NCBI GenBank assembly: GCA_002496015.1
Contig: DAIF01000001.1
Span: 8,752-72,751, forward strand
Reading direction: 5' to 3'
Source: Candidatus Pacearchaeota archaeon UBA73
GTDB lineage: Archaea > Nanobdellota > Nanobdellia > Pacearchaeales > GW2011-AR1
DNA length: 64,000 nucleotides
Part shown: piece by piece, positions 9,350 to 17,698 of the stretch
Layout of the letters: every line of letters begins with the position of its first letter
Position numbering within the stretch: position 1 is the first letter of the stretch
Translations under genes and position numbers: made by a program
Notes under the pieces: generated by a model
The model's database searches: none
What the model was told of the DNA's origin: nothing
The model's input: only the letters and a program-made list of their open reading frames with translations

Positions 9350-11122
9350 CTATCTCAACTCGACAGTCAGCGTATAATCCCCTGAAGTGTCTTGCTGATA
9401 AAAATCCTGATCTATGTTCAGAAAATGTGTGCCTTTAACATCTCCCCCATATGGGCCTCCAGCAAGCCAATGTGTGCCAAACCAGGCATAGAGGGGGCTA
9501 GAAGCCTGAGGAGGATAATAAATTATCCTTCCTTCTAAACCGCTGCTTGGTGTCACCGTTACATAGATTTCTGGATTCCCTTCAGAGACAACAAATTTAT
9601 ACCAATCTTGGGTATCTCCCTTTCCTAAAAAGTCATTGATTGTTGCCACCCTGCCAGAAAAACTCAGTGATCTGGCGCAACCCTTAGAGTCATCTGAAGT
9701 ACACCCACTTCCTCCACCAGACCCTCCGCCTCCCCCGCCCGATCCGCCACCACTTCCTCCACCGGAACCGCCTCCCCCACTCCCGCCCCCCGAGCCCCCA
9801 CCTGAACCACCGCCGCCGCCAGATCCCCCGCCAAGTTCATATTCTAACTGTGCAAAATATGCCCGACCATAGAATTCTTCGCTTCCGGGCCATGCCAACG
9901 GCGCATCTCCATAAGTTCTTTCAACGCGAACTTTTCCATTAAACAAATCATCTTTTTCAAATACACTTATCCCTCGCTCAAAAACATGTAACCCTATCTG
10001 CGCAGGAGCCTCAACGACTGCGATCGCGTCCATCCGGTATTGCCTGCCGCCCGCCGAATCAGGAAAACAGTCTGCTCCATACATTTGCCCAGCGACACCA
10101 AAATCCAATCCAACCGACCCGACTTCCACACCGTAAAGGTATAACCTAGCACGCGGACCTACAACTGCAGAAGCGTAAGCCACTCCACCGATACAAAATT
10201 TTGGAGAACTGGTATTAATATTAAACTCTTGTCTGACTATCGGGTCCCACCCCTGTCCCTTCGCGTATCGTGCGCCAAGCTCAGTAAGGGAGGAAGCAGA
10301 GAAGTTTTGCCAGAACCGGCCATCACCAAGCATTTCAGTATAAAAGCGCGCCTCTAAATCAATCGTTGCAGTCACAACAACCGGCAGGTAACCGCCAATT
10401 AATCCATACACCGTTCCTCCCACCTCCTCAATGATAGGAATCTCTTCATAGTTCTGACCTTTGATGAGAAACCGTGAAAAAATATCTGTGTTTAATCCTG
10501 CAAAACCCTCAAAAGACATCTGGAATCTCTCGAGCCCGTGATTCTTGATTTCGAAGTCCAAGTTAAGATCTAACGAGGCATTAAATTCACCTTCAGCTCC
10601 GATGAAGAAAAGATCTTTATCAAGGGCTGCTTTGACACCCACATCCTCCTCCATCCACAAAATAGGAATTCCTGCAGACCTTAAACTTTCTTTATTAGCA
10701 ACAAATTCAAATTTTCCATTATCAACAACCTCCGTCAGAGGGACCGACTCTGTCTCAAGCGTAACTGTTTTCGTAGTGACGTTGGGATATCTGCTGCCCA
10801 CAACCCTACGAAGCGCACCCATCCCACTAGTTACTACGAAAACATCTCCTTCTTTCAAGTCGGTTTTAATATCAAAAAAATATCTAGCTCCATCTTTCCC
10901 ATGATATTCTTCGTCAGCTATTATCTTGACCGGATACCTCGGAGTTTGGACTGGTTCATTATGATTCTCTGCTACGGATGGCTCGCTACCGCCTCGGGAA
11001 TTTTCGGCAGGGGCATTCGGACAACCACTCATGAACATACCACCCAATCCGACAGCCGCAACTGGTAAAAATCTCTTCACGCGAGAAACTGTTCTCTCCA
11101 GAAAACTTGCCCCGTTTCTCAT
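9350..11122 (-). CDS. Secreted (possibly lipoprotein) protein with Gly/Ser linker and C-terminal PPC-like (pre-peptidase C-terminal) domain
   Basis: ORF track gives 9350..11188. Internal Met at 11122 yields a signal-peptide/lipobox-like MRNGASFLERTVSRVKRFLPVAAVGLGGMFMSGC. Linker GGGSGGGGGSGGGSGGG... C-terminus has DTQDWYKFVV..G, typical of PPC domains. Confidence 0.5.
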   Translation of the reverse strand: MRNGASFLERTVSRVKRFLPVAAVGLGGMFMSGCPNAPAENSRGGSEPSVAENHNEPVQTPRYPVKIIADEEYHGKDGARYFFDIKTDLKEGDVFVVTSGMGALRRVVGSRYPNVTTKTVTLETESVPLTEVVDNGKFEFVANKESLRSAGIPILWMEEDVGVKAALDKDLFFIGAEGEFNASLDLNLDFEIKNHGLERFQMSFEGFAGLNTDIFSRFLIKGQNYEEIPIIEEVGGTVYGLIGGYLPVVVTATIDLEARFYTEMLGDGRFWQNFSASSLTELGARYAKGQGWDPIVRQEFNINTSSPKFCIGGVAYASAVVGPRARLYLYGVEVGSVGLDFGVAGQMYGADCFPDSAGGRQYRMDAIAVVEAPAQIGLHVFERGISVFEKDDLFNGKVRVERTYGDAPLAWPGSEEFYGRAYFAQLEYELGGGSGGGGGSGGGSGGGSGGGGSGGGSGGGSGGGGGGSGGGSGCTSDDSKGCARSLSFSGRVATINDFLGKGDTQDWYKFVVSEGNPEIYVTVTPSSGLEGRIIYYPPQASSPLYAWFGTHWLAGGPYGGDVKGTHFLNIDQDFYQQDTSGDYTLTVELR

Positions 11123-11191
11123 AAATAATAAATTAATCCAAAGTATAAATACTTTGTGAACATTTATTAAGAAACTTCCGTTTATCAAAAA

Positions 11192-12865
11192 ATGAAGAAA
11201 AAAATCGCAAACACTCTCTCTAAAGAAACTTCTCTGTCAAATAAAGAAATCGAAGATCTCTTGGAAATTCCTCCCTCTCCCGAACTCGGCGACCTCGCCT
11301 TCCCTTGTTTCTCTCTCGCAAAAACTCTAAAAAAATCCCCTGCGCAAATCGCTGAAGAACTCGCAAAAAAACTTCGCATCAAAGGCACGGAAAAAATCGA
11401 GGCAAAAGGCCCATACGTTAATTTCTTCCTCGACAAATCTCAACTGGCTAAGGAAACAATTAGCGTAATTCTAAGACAAGGGGAAAAGTATGGTTATTCA
11501 AAAGTTTCTAAGGAAAATGTAATGATTGAATTTTCTCAGCCCAACACACATAAAGCATTTCATGTTGGTCACATTCGCGGAACCTCTCTAGGAGAATCTC
11601 TGGCACGAATTATGGAGTCACAAGGCAGTAGGGTTATTCGAGCAAATTACTCAGGCGATACAGGTATGCACATCGCAAAATGGCTTTGGTGCTATCAGAA
11701 ATTCCACTCTAAAGAAAAACTCAGGGACAATGAAGAATGGATAGCTTCTATTTATGTTGATGCTATAAAACGTTTAGCTGAAAAAGAATCTTCGCAAGAA
11801 GAAGTTGATGAAATAAATAGAAAGCTAGAATCGCGAGAAGACAAAAAACTCAACGAGTTATGGAAAAAAACCAGAATCGCTTCAATCAATTCTTGGAAAA
11901 AAATTTACAAGGAACTCAACACAAAGTTCGATGTCCACTATTTCGAGAGCGAAGTCGAGCAACCCGCAAAAAACTTCGCAAAAATGCTCCTGACAAAAAA
12001 AATAGCAGAAATTTCCGAAGGCGCGACAATAGTTGACTTAAAATCTTATAACTTGGGAGTTTTCCTCCTCTTACGAAAAGATGGCACCGTCCTTTATGGC
12101 GGAAAGGATATGTTTCTCGCAGAAAGGAAATTCAAAGAATTCAATCTGGACAAATCACTTTACGTCATAGGCAGAGAGCAAGACCTTTACATTCATCAGG
12201 TTTTCAAAACTCTTGAACTCATCAAATCGCCCGCAGCAGGCAAGAGTTTCTACGTTCCCGTTTCAGAAGTCAGACTTCCGTGGGGAAAAATGTCATCAAG
12301 AACAGGAGATAACGTTCTTTATTCTTCGTTTAAACAGGAACTTGTCAAATTGGCAAAATCAAAACTTGAGGAAAGACAAAAACTTCCGCCCAAAGAATTG
12401 GAAAGTCGCGCGCTCAAAATAGCCGTCGCCACAATGAAATATACTATGCTTAAACAAGATATAAACAAAAACATTATTTTTGATAAAGAAGAAGCAACAA
12501 GTTTCGAAGGCAACACCGGCCCGTACTTACTTTACACTTACGCTCGCGCAAAATCAATCCTAAGGAAAGCAAAATACAAAAAAGCAAACTTCAAAATCCC
12601 TCAGCTTTCAGATGAGGAAAAACAACTAATCCTCTCACTCTCCAAATTCCCAGAGGAAGTAAAAAAAGCACACGATTCCCTCGCACCGAACATCGTAGCA
12701 ACCTATGCTTATCAACTAGCTCAGCAGTTCAACGAATTTTACCACAAAACTAAAATCCTAGGTTCAGAAAACGAGCAGTTCGGTCTTACGTTAGTTGACG
12801 CTTTTTCTCAAACCCTAAGAAACTCCCTAAATCTCCTCGGAATCGAAGTCCTCGAAACGATGTAA
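11192..12865 (+). CDS. argS: Arginine--tRNA ligase
   Basis: 557 aa. Class-I HIGH region (PNTHKAFHVGHIRGTSLGE) and overall ArgRS layout, with a C-terminal DALR-like anticodon-binding region. Confidence 0.8.
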   Translation: MKKKIANTLSKETSLSNKEIEDLLEIPPSPELGDLAFPCFSLAKTLKKSPAQIAEELAKKLRIKGTEKIEAKGPYVNFFLDKSQLAKETISVILRQGEKYGYSKVSKENVMIEFSQPNTHKAFHVGHIRGTSLGESLARIMESQGSRVIRANYSGDTGMHIAKWLWCYQKFHSKEKLRDNEEWIASIYVDAIKRLAEKESSQEEVDEINRKLESREDKKLNELWKKTRIASINSWKKIYKELNTKFDVHYFESEVEQPAKNFAKMLLTKKIAEISEGATIVDLKSYNLGVFLLLRKDGTVLYGGKDMFLAERKFKEFNLDKSLYVIGREQDLYIHQVFKTLELIKSPAAGKSFYVPVSEVRLPWGKMSSRTGDNVLYSSFKQELVKLAKSKLEERQKLPPKELESRALKIAVATMKYTMLKQDINKNIIFDKEEATSFEGNTGPYLLYTYARAKSILRKAKYKKANFKIPQLSDEEKQLILSLSKFPEEVKKAHDSLAPNIVATYAYQLAQQFNEFYHKTKILGSENEQFGLTLVDAFSQTLRNSLNLLGIEVLETM

Positions 12866-12909
12866 TTCCCAACAGTTAATCTTTTAAACAGCTCTTCCTC
12901 TTTGACCAA

Positions 12910-13065
12910 ATGGTGTTAGAGGTGTTGCTGCTTCTGAGTAGCTTTCTCTTGTTAGTAATGCTAGTCTTACTTCTAGTCGCATCGAGAAAAGAACCTTCTT
13001 CAAAAAAACGCCGATTCAAAATCAAAGACGATATCAAAAAGATTAAAGAGCAGATTTTGAATTGA
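12910..13065 (+). CDS. Small single-TM protein (51 aa); its 3' coding end is duplicated downstream
   Basis: MVLEVLLLLSSFLLLVMLVLLLVASRKEPSSKKRRFKIKDDIKKIKEQILN. Below the ORF-track cutoff, found by manual translation. Its last ~50 nt recur at 13647..13697. Confidence 0.35.
   Translation: MVLEVLLLLSSFLLLVMLVLLLVASRKEPSSKKRRFKIKDDIKKIKEQILN
13015..13065 (+). repeat. Direct repeat copy 1 (ttcaaaatcaaagacgatatcaaaaagat...)
   Basis: A 29-nt identical core plus flanking similarity with copy 2 at 13647..13697. Both copies encode ..KIKDDIKKIKEQI(L/V)N-stop in frame. Confidence 0.7.
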
Positions 13066-13105
13066 TTATAGAAAAATCTAAAATAAAACTCGCCCTACCA
13101 AATTA

Positions 13106-13372
13106 ATGAGTTATGTGCTAACAACTCTAAATAGCAAAACGGAAAAAAGACTATCGGAATATATTTCTCTAAGGGAAGACGTAAGGGAAAAATTAGACAA
13201 ACTAAAGGAAAACCCAAGAAGAACCAACGGTGCTCACCCTCTTCACGGCAAGCTTCAGGGAAAATGGTCTTGCTGGCTCGGCTCAAACATTCATCTGATT
13301 TACACAATAGACGACAAAGAAAAAACAATTTTAATCTGCGCGGTCGGCAGCCACAAATTTACTAATACTTAA
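13106..13372 (+). CDS. RelE/ParE-family toxin (type II TA)
   Basis: 88 aa. C-terminal LHGKLQGKWSCWLGSNIHLIYTIDDKEKTILICAVGSHK matches the RelE/ParE pattern (L.G.L.G....R.G.YRIIY.ID....V.I..IGHR). Confidence 0.6.
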   Translation: MSYVLTTLNSKTEKRLSEYISLREDVREKLDKLKENPRRTNGAHPLHGKLQGKWSCWLGSNIHLIYTIDDKEKTILICAVGSHKFTNT

Positions 13373-13607
13373 ATTCTTTAGGTTTCGTGCCTTTCTTTAA
13401 ATTTCTCTCAGTTGTTTTTATCTGCGACATCATGTCTACATCTTCAATAATCTCCTTTTCCTCAAGTTTCCTTATCTTATCTCGTATCGCCTCGCGAATA
13501 AACTCCGTCTTCGTCATGTAATTGTGTTTCTTCATAACTTTGTTTATCGCATTCATGAAGTTTTCTTCAATTTTCAAGCTTACGTTTTCCATATTACTCT
13601 GTAGCAC
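13362..13607 (-). CDS. Ribbon-helix-helix (CopG/antitoxin-like) DNA-binding protein
   Basis: 81 aa. MTKTEFIREAIRDKIRKLEE is an RHH-type beta-strand/helix signature. Convergent with the RelE gene and overlapping its 3' end by 11 nt. Confidence 0.5.
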   Translation of the reverse strand: MLQSNMENVSLKIEENFMNAINKVMKKHNYMTKTEFIREAIRDKIRKLEEKEIIEDVDMMSQIKTTERNLKKGTKPKEFKY

Positions 13608-13646
13608 TATGTGCTATTTAAATTTTGCCCAGATGCCCGGATTCGT

Positions 13647-13697
13647 TCAAAATCAAAGACGATATCAAAAAGATAAAGGAACAAATTGTTAATTAAC
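13647..13697 (+). repeat. Direct repeat copy 2 (duplicated 3' end of the small-protein gene)
   Basis: ttcaaaatcaaagacgatatcaaaaagat identical to 13015..13043; continues with in-frame similarity to the stop codon; no ATG-initiated ORF. Confidence 0.7.
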
Positions 13698-13751
13698 TAT
13701 TTAGTATTACAAAACTACAAAGTTTAAAAACTCCGACTTCCCAAAAAAACT

Positions 13752-14537
13752 ATGGCAAAAACAATCAAGGCCCAAGTAATCGTTGAACAACCAACCGTAG
13801 AATTTCCCGTAATCGAACACGAAGGAAGAGACCACGGTTTCAAATTATTTGGTCCCAAGACATACGAAGCAAATGTGGAAGAAATGCAAAGAACCAAATA
13901 TCGCTCTGCCAAATTCCCCGAAATCGCGCTCGCACCAGCAACAATTTCTCAATCTATTTCACTAGCGGTAGACAATCCAACTAAAACAAAATCGAAAACT
14001 CTCGATCTACTAGTGCTTCTTTTAGGGCCATATGTCCGAGCGTCAGAAGGAGTCTTCCTAAATCCTCCTAGAGACCTAAACGGCGAGATAGTTAAAGATG
14101 AAAGAACTCTCTATTCATTCTTAACAGGAACAGAAAGAGTCAACGGCATTTATGTTGTCAGAAACTCTGGTGTATTAAAGGATTTCGCCTTCGTTCCCGC
14201 AGACACTTATTTGCTTAAATTTCAAGAGCACGAGAAATTCTTAGAAGGCGGTCTTGCTAGGGGATTTGAACACGCGAACGGCCCAGTTAAAAGATTGCCT
14301 CTAATTGCTAACAGCAATTTTTATCCTAGCGGAGTTTACGTTTCTGAAGCATTTAAGTCAACAGGTCAATTTGGAAAAACAGAAATCAAGGTTGCCGGCT
14401 TGGCCTCCGGCTGGGGCAATGTCGGCTACAGGTTGAGCGTCGGCGGCGACAACTTCTACGGCTTCGACGGCTTCGACGGCTACGGCGGCTGTGCTTTTGG
14501 GGTGTTCGATGCTAGCGAAACAAAAAAAGACAATTAA
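13752..14537 (+). CDS. Hypothetical protein with Gly/Phe/Asp/Tyr-rich C-terminus
   Basis: 261 aa, no recognisable catalytic motif. C-terminus GWGNVGYRLSVGGDNFYGFDGFDGYGGCAFGVFD. Confidence 0.4.
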   Translation: MAKTIKAQVIVEQPTVEFPVIEHEGRDHGFKLFGPKTYEANVEEMQRTKYRSAKFPEIALAPATISQSISLAVDNPTKTKSKTLDLLVLLLGPYVRASEGVFLNPPRDLNGEIVKDERTLYSFLTGTERVNGIYVVRNSGVLKDFAFVPADTYLLKFQEHEKFLEGGLARGFEHANGPVKRLPLIANSNFYPSGVYVSEAFKSTGQFGKTEIKVAGLASGWGNVGYRLSVGGDNFYGFDGFDGYGGCAFGVFDASETKKDN

Positions 14538-14569
14538 CAAAACTTAAATACCTCTTACAATTTCTAAAA

Positions 14570-14832
14570 CCGGTGCGGACGAGTCTGCGCGCTAGCCCCG
14601 CGCAATTCACAAACGGGCTTCATGGTGGACTTAAAGGAACGCGTGACGCAAAGAACGCGAAGTCTTGCCTCTAACGTTGAGGTTTTGTCCTGCTCGACCG
14701 TACTCTTGCGAACCGGGTCAGGCCTTGATCGGAGCAGCCCTAAGTGGGAAGTATGGTGCTTGTAGGGTAGCAAAGCTGAGGAAGTCGCAAGGTCGCTTCA
14801 CGCTCAATGCCGGGCCAGTTCCCCGCCGCACC
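14570..14832 (+). ncRNA. Signal recognition particle RNA (7S/SRP RNA), candidate
   Basis: A ~260-nt GC-rich island in an AT-rich genome. 5' end CCGGUGCGG pairs with 3' end CCGCCGCACC. Contains the helix-8-like motif GGGUCAGGCC...GGAGCAGCC (compare bacterial/archaeal GGUCAGGNCC-GGAA-GGNAGCAGCC). A TATA-like cttaaata sits ~25 nt upstream. Overlapping ORFs 14564..14773 and 14665..14910 are taken as spurious. Confidence 0.6.
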
Positions 14833-14906
14833 TTAATCCTCATGTACTTAAAATTCTCAACAGGAAAAAACACAAATCCTAAATACTCCTTCCGTCATTT
14901 ATCCGG

Positions 14907-15464
14907 ATGAACAAAAGAGGGCAGTTCTTTCTTCTTGCAGCAGTAGTTATTATCGCAGTTTTATTCGGATTGACAACAATCTACACTACAGTCGAAACTC
15001 CCTTAGAGGATAGCTCAGTATATGACCTCACAAAAGAAATAAAATATGAAGCGGGAGTCGTTATAGACAGCGGGATATTTAACGCCCTAACTGAAGGACA
15101 GCGCAACAAAAACGTCGAAAACCTCACAGATTATTACGCTTCGGCAAACCTCGGAACAGATTTCATAGTCATCTACGGGAATCAGACCGAGATGATTGCA
15201 TTGCTTTACACTACAGAAGACACGGGAAGCGTGGGGATAGATATAGGTACTACAACTCCTGTAACCTACTACGATGACTTGAGAAAATACAACGCCACTT
15301 TCTTCATACCTCAGGGAGACGATGAAGTGACCGTAGTGTTGGATAGAAATGAAAATGAAGAAATAAAATACACTTTTCGAATAAAACCCGGAGAGATGTT
15401 CTTCCTCATACTCAAGAAAGAGCGCCAAGGCGAACAATTCGTTTCCGCCTCAAGAGAGCAATAG
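14907..15464 (+). CDS. Archaeal type IV pilin-like protein (class III signal peptide)
   Basis: MNKRGQFFLLAAVVIIAVLFGLTTIY: a KRG motif followed by a hydrophobic helix, the PibD/FlaK-type prepilin signal. Confidence 0.6.
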   Translation: MNKRGQFFLLAAVVIIAVLFGLTTIYTTVETPLEDSSVYDLTKEIKYEAGVVIDSGIFNALTEGQRNKNVENLTDYYASANLGTDFIVIYGNQTEMIALLYTTEDTGSVGIDIGTTTPVTYYDDLRKYNATFFIPQGDDEVTVVLDRNENEEIKYTFRIKPGEMFFLILKKERQGEQFVSASREQ

Positions 15465-15498
15465 TATCATTTAAATAAACCCTAAGCCTAAAAAAAAT

Positions 15499-16437
15499 AT
15501 GCGTGCAAACAAAAGGGGTGTTAGCCTAATGGTCGGATATGCATTGCTTATAGTGATTGCAATAGGTCTTGCAGCCATAGTTTATCCTTTTCTCAAAGCC
15601 CGCCTTCCGGAAGAGCGTGTCGAGTGCCCCGCAGACCTTAGTATCTCCATAGAAGAAGCAAGCTGTAACCGTGCGGATTGGAGTGTCACAGTCAGGATGC
15701 TAAATCGGGGATTGTTCAATATCACCGGGGCATATATCCGCTTCGCAGAAGCCGACCGTTCAGTGCGTCCTCAGATTAACGTCGGAAGAGAACTCTATTT
15801 AACAGGCATCAATCCACGACCGCTCGGTCCCGGGCAGGGCACTCCGAACCTCACATATTCAATCGGGGATTTATCTCCCTTGCCGGAGGACGGCAATTTT
15901 GTAGTGGAGGTTCAGCCCGCAATTTTCCGCAAAGGGGTTCTCGTTCCCTGTTCAAATAAGATAGTAACTCAAACCATCCCGTGCATCTCAGAGGTCATCG
16001 GCTGGCTAGGAGACGACGATGAAGACGAATTCGGATGCGATGGTTCCTGGGATCCGATGCAAGATTGTTCTAATGTTCATGACAAACAGTGGGACACTTA
16101 CGGCACTGCATCCATAGAAAGTTTAGCGACATATTATGCAAACTACACTACTCCTTCGAATGCCCTCCCGGGTTCAAACTGGACAATCAAATTTGGAAAT
16201 GACGAATTTATTAGCATCAACATACCGACCACTTGCTGGAACATTGAGAAGCTGCAATTTAGGATAGACATAGATAACACTCCCCTCAACCCCCGAGACG
16301 AGCTAATAAGATTCTCTTGTTCTAAGAACGACGGCTCTGGCTGGGAAAGCCTTTATACGCGGACTCGCGGCTTTCCTCCAGATATATCACTCACAAATCT
16401 CTACGAAGAAAAAGTTTGGTGGAAACTCCGCTCTTAG
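15499..16437 (+). CDS. Archaeal type IV pilin-like protein (class III signal peptide)
   Basis: MRANKRGVSLMVGYALLIVIAIGLAAIVYPF. Confidence 0.6.
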   Translation: MRANKRGVSLMVGYALLIVIAIGLAAIVYPFLKARLPEERVECPADLSISIEEASCNRADWSVTVRMLNRGLFNITGAYIRFAEADRSVRPQINVGRELYLTGINPRPLGPGQGTPNLTYSIGDLSPLPEDGNFVVEVQPAIFRKGVLVPCSNKIVTQTIPCISEVIGWLGDDDEDEFGCDGSWDPMQDCSNVHDKQWDTYGTASIESLATYYANYTTPSNALPGSNWTIKFGNDEFISINIPTTCWNIEKLQFRIDIDNTPLNPRDELIRFSCSKNDGSGWESLYTRTRGFPPDISLTNLYEEKVWWKLRS

Positions 16438-16534
16438 CCCGACACACAAATCCTTATGCAAAATCAAATGTCAGATTTTGTATCTGGATAGCCACCATAA
16501 CAATCCTTAAATAACGCGTGCATATTACAGCTTC

Positions 16535-17698
16535 ATGAAGTTTGCCCACCTTGGCGACTGCCATCTCGGCGGGTGGCAGCAGCCAGAATTAAAAGAGTTG
16601 AATTTTCAAAGCTTTCGGTTTGCACTCCAAAAATCTATACAGGAACAAGTCGATTTCATTCTCATAGCTGGAGATTTGTTTGACACAGCTTATCCCCCGA
16701 TAGAAACTCTAAAGGATGCTTTTGAGGAGTTTCGCAAGATAAAAGAAAGAAACATTCCGGTCTTCCTCATCGCAGGAAGCCACGACTACTCTGTCTCTGG
16801 AAAGACCTTCCTGGATGTTCTGGAAAAAGCCGGCTTCTGTACAAACGTAGCAAAATTTGAAGAACGAGACGGAAGAATAATCCTCCTGCCAACAATCTAC
16901 AAAAACATAGCAATCTATGGCTACTCGGGCAAAAAATCCGGTTTAGAAGTAGATGACATAGAAAGAATAAAGATTCAGGATTCTCCGGGCTTATTCAAAA
17001 TCTTAATGCTCCACACAACAATTCGCGATGCCATAGGAAATCTGCCAATGAAAGCAGTTGATGAGAAGAAACTCCCCCTCACTAACTACACGGCACTTGC
17101 TCATCTTCATCTGGTCTACAACAAAAACGGCAGAGTTTACTCCGGGCCAATCTTTCCAAACAACTTGTCGGAACTGGAAGAATTAAAATACGGTTCTTTT
17201 TACATCTATGATAACGGCCAAATCAAAAGGAATGAGATTAGGCTCGCAGACGTCGTCTCGATAAATCACGAAACGAAAAACGCTTTGGAAACTACAGACA
17301 GACTTATTCACTTGATTCAGGAATCTGACGTGAAACGCAAAATACTCATAGTGAGAGTCTCAGGCGTTCTGGAAAAGGGCAGAATCTTGGATATAGACTT
17401 CCAGAAAATAGAATCCTTCGCAAAAAGTCGCGGAGCGCTAGTTTTTCTGAAAAGCACCTCAAAACTTCACGTTGCCGAAGCTGAAACGGAAGCAGACATT
17501 CTGGATGCAGATAATATAGAGTCCGAACTGTTGAAGCAGTTCGAAGAGAAAAATCCTAACAAATTCAACTTCCTGATTCCTTCACTTCTGAAATCTCTCC
17601 AGATAGAAAAACTAGAGGATGAAACTCAGAGCACTTTTGAGGACAGACTTCTCTCAGAATCAAAAAAGATAATGGAGAATGCGCTTCAAAAAGATTAA
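16535..17698 (+). CDS. mre11: DNA double-strand break repair nuclease Mre11
   Basis: Calcineurin-like phosphoesterase motifs: HLGDCHLG, ILIAGDLFD, IAGSHD. 387 aa. Overlaps rad50 by 20 nt. Confidence 0.8.
   Translation: MKFAHLGDCHLGGWQQPELKELNFQSFRFALQKSIQEQVDFILIAGDLFDTAYPPIETLKDAFEEFRKIKERNIPVFLIAGSHDYSVSGKTFLDVLEKAGFCTNVAKFEERDGRIILLPTIYKNIAIYGYSGKKSGLEVDDIERIKIQDSPGLFKILMLHTTIRDAIGNLPMKAVDEKKLPLTNYTALAHLHLVYNKNGRVYSGPIFPNNLSELEELKYGSFYIYDNGQIKRNEIRLADVVSINHETKNALETTDRLIHLIQESDVKRKILIVRVSGVLEKGRILDIDFQKIESFAKSRGALVFLKSTSKLHVAEAETEADILDADNIESELLKQFEEKNPNKFNFLIPSLLKSLQIEKLEDETQSTFEDRLLSESKKIMENALQKD

Noticed and set aside
9690-9840. GC-rich short tandem repeats that might suggest a CRISPR array or minisatellite
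   Set aside because: The periodicity is codon-level (GGN/TCN) and lies inside a coding region encoding a Gly/Ser linker. There are no regular 25-40-nt repeat/spacer units.
9636-9872. Pro-rich ORF (PPPDPPPPPP...)
   Set aside because: It is antisense to the Gly/Ser-linker coding tract of 9350..11122; a low-complexity artefact.
14570-14832. RNase P RNA as an alternative identity for the structured RNA
   Set aside because: The conserved RNase P elements (AGGAAAGUCCGGGCUCC-type CR-I, ACAGAAA-type CR-V) were not found, whereas an SRP domain-IV-like motif is present. Kept as SRP RNA with moderate confidence.
14564-14910. ORFs 14564..14773(-) and 14665..14910(+)
   Set aside because: They lie entirely within the GC-rich structured RNA interpreted as SRP RNA. 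The translations are Arg/Pro-rich with no protein-like features.
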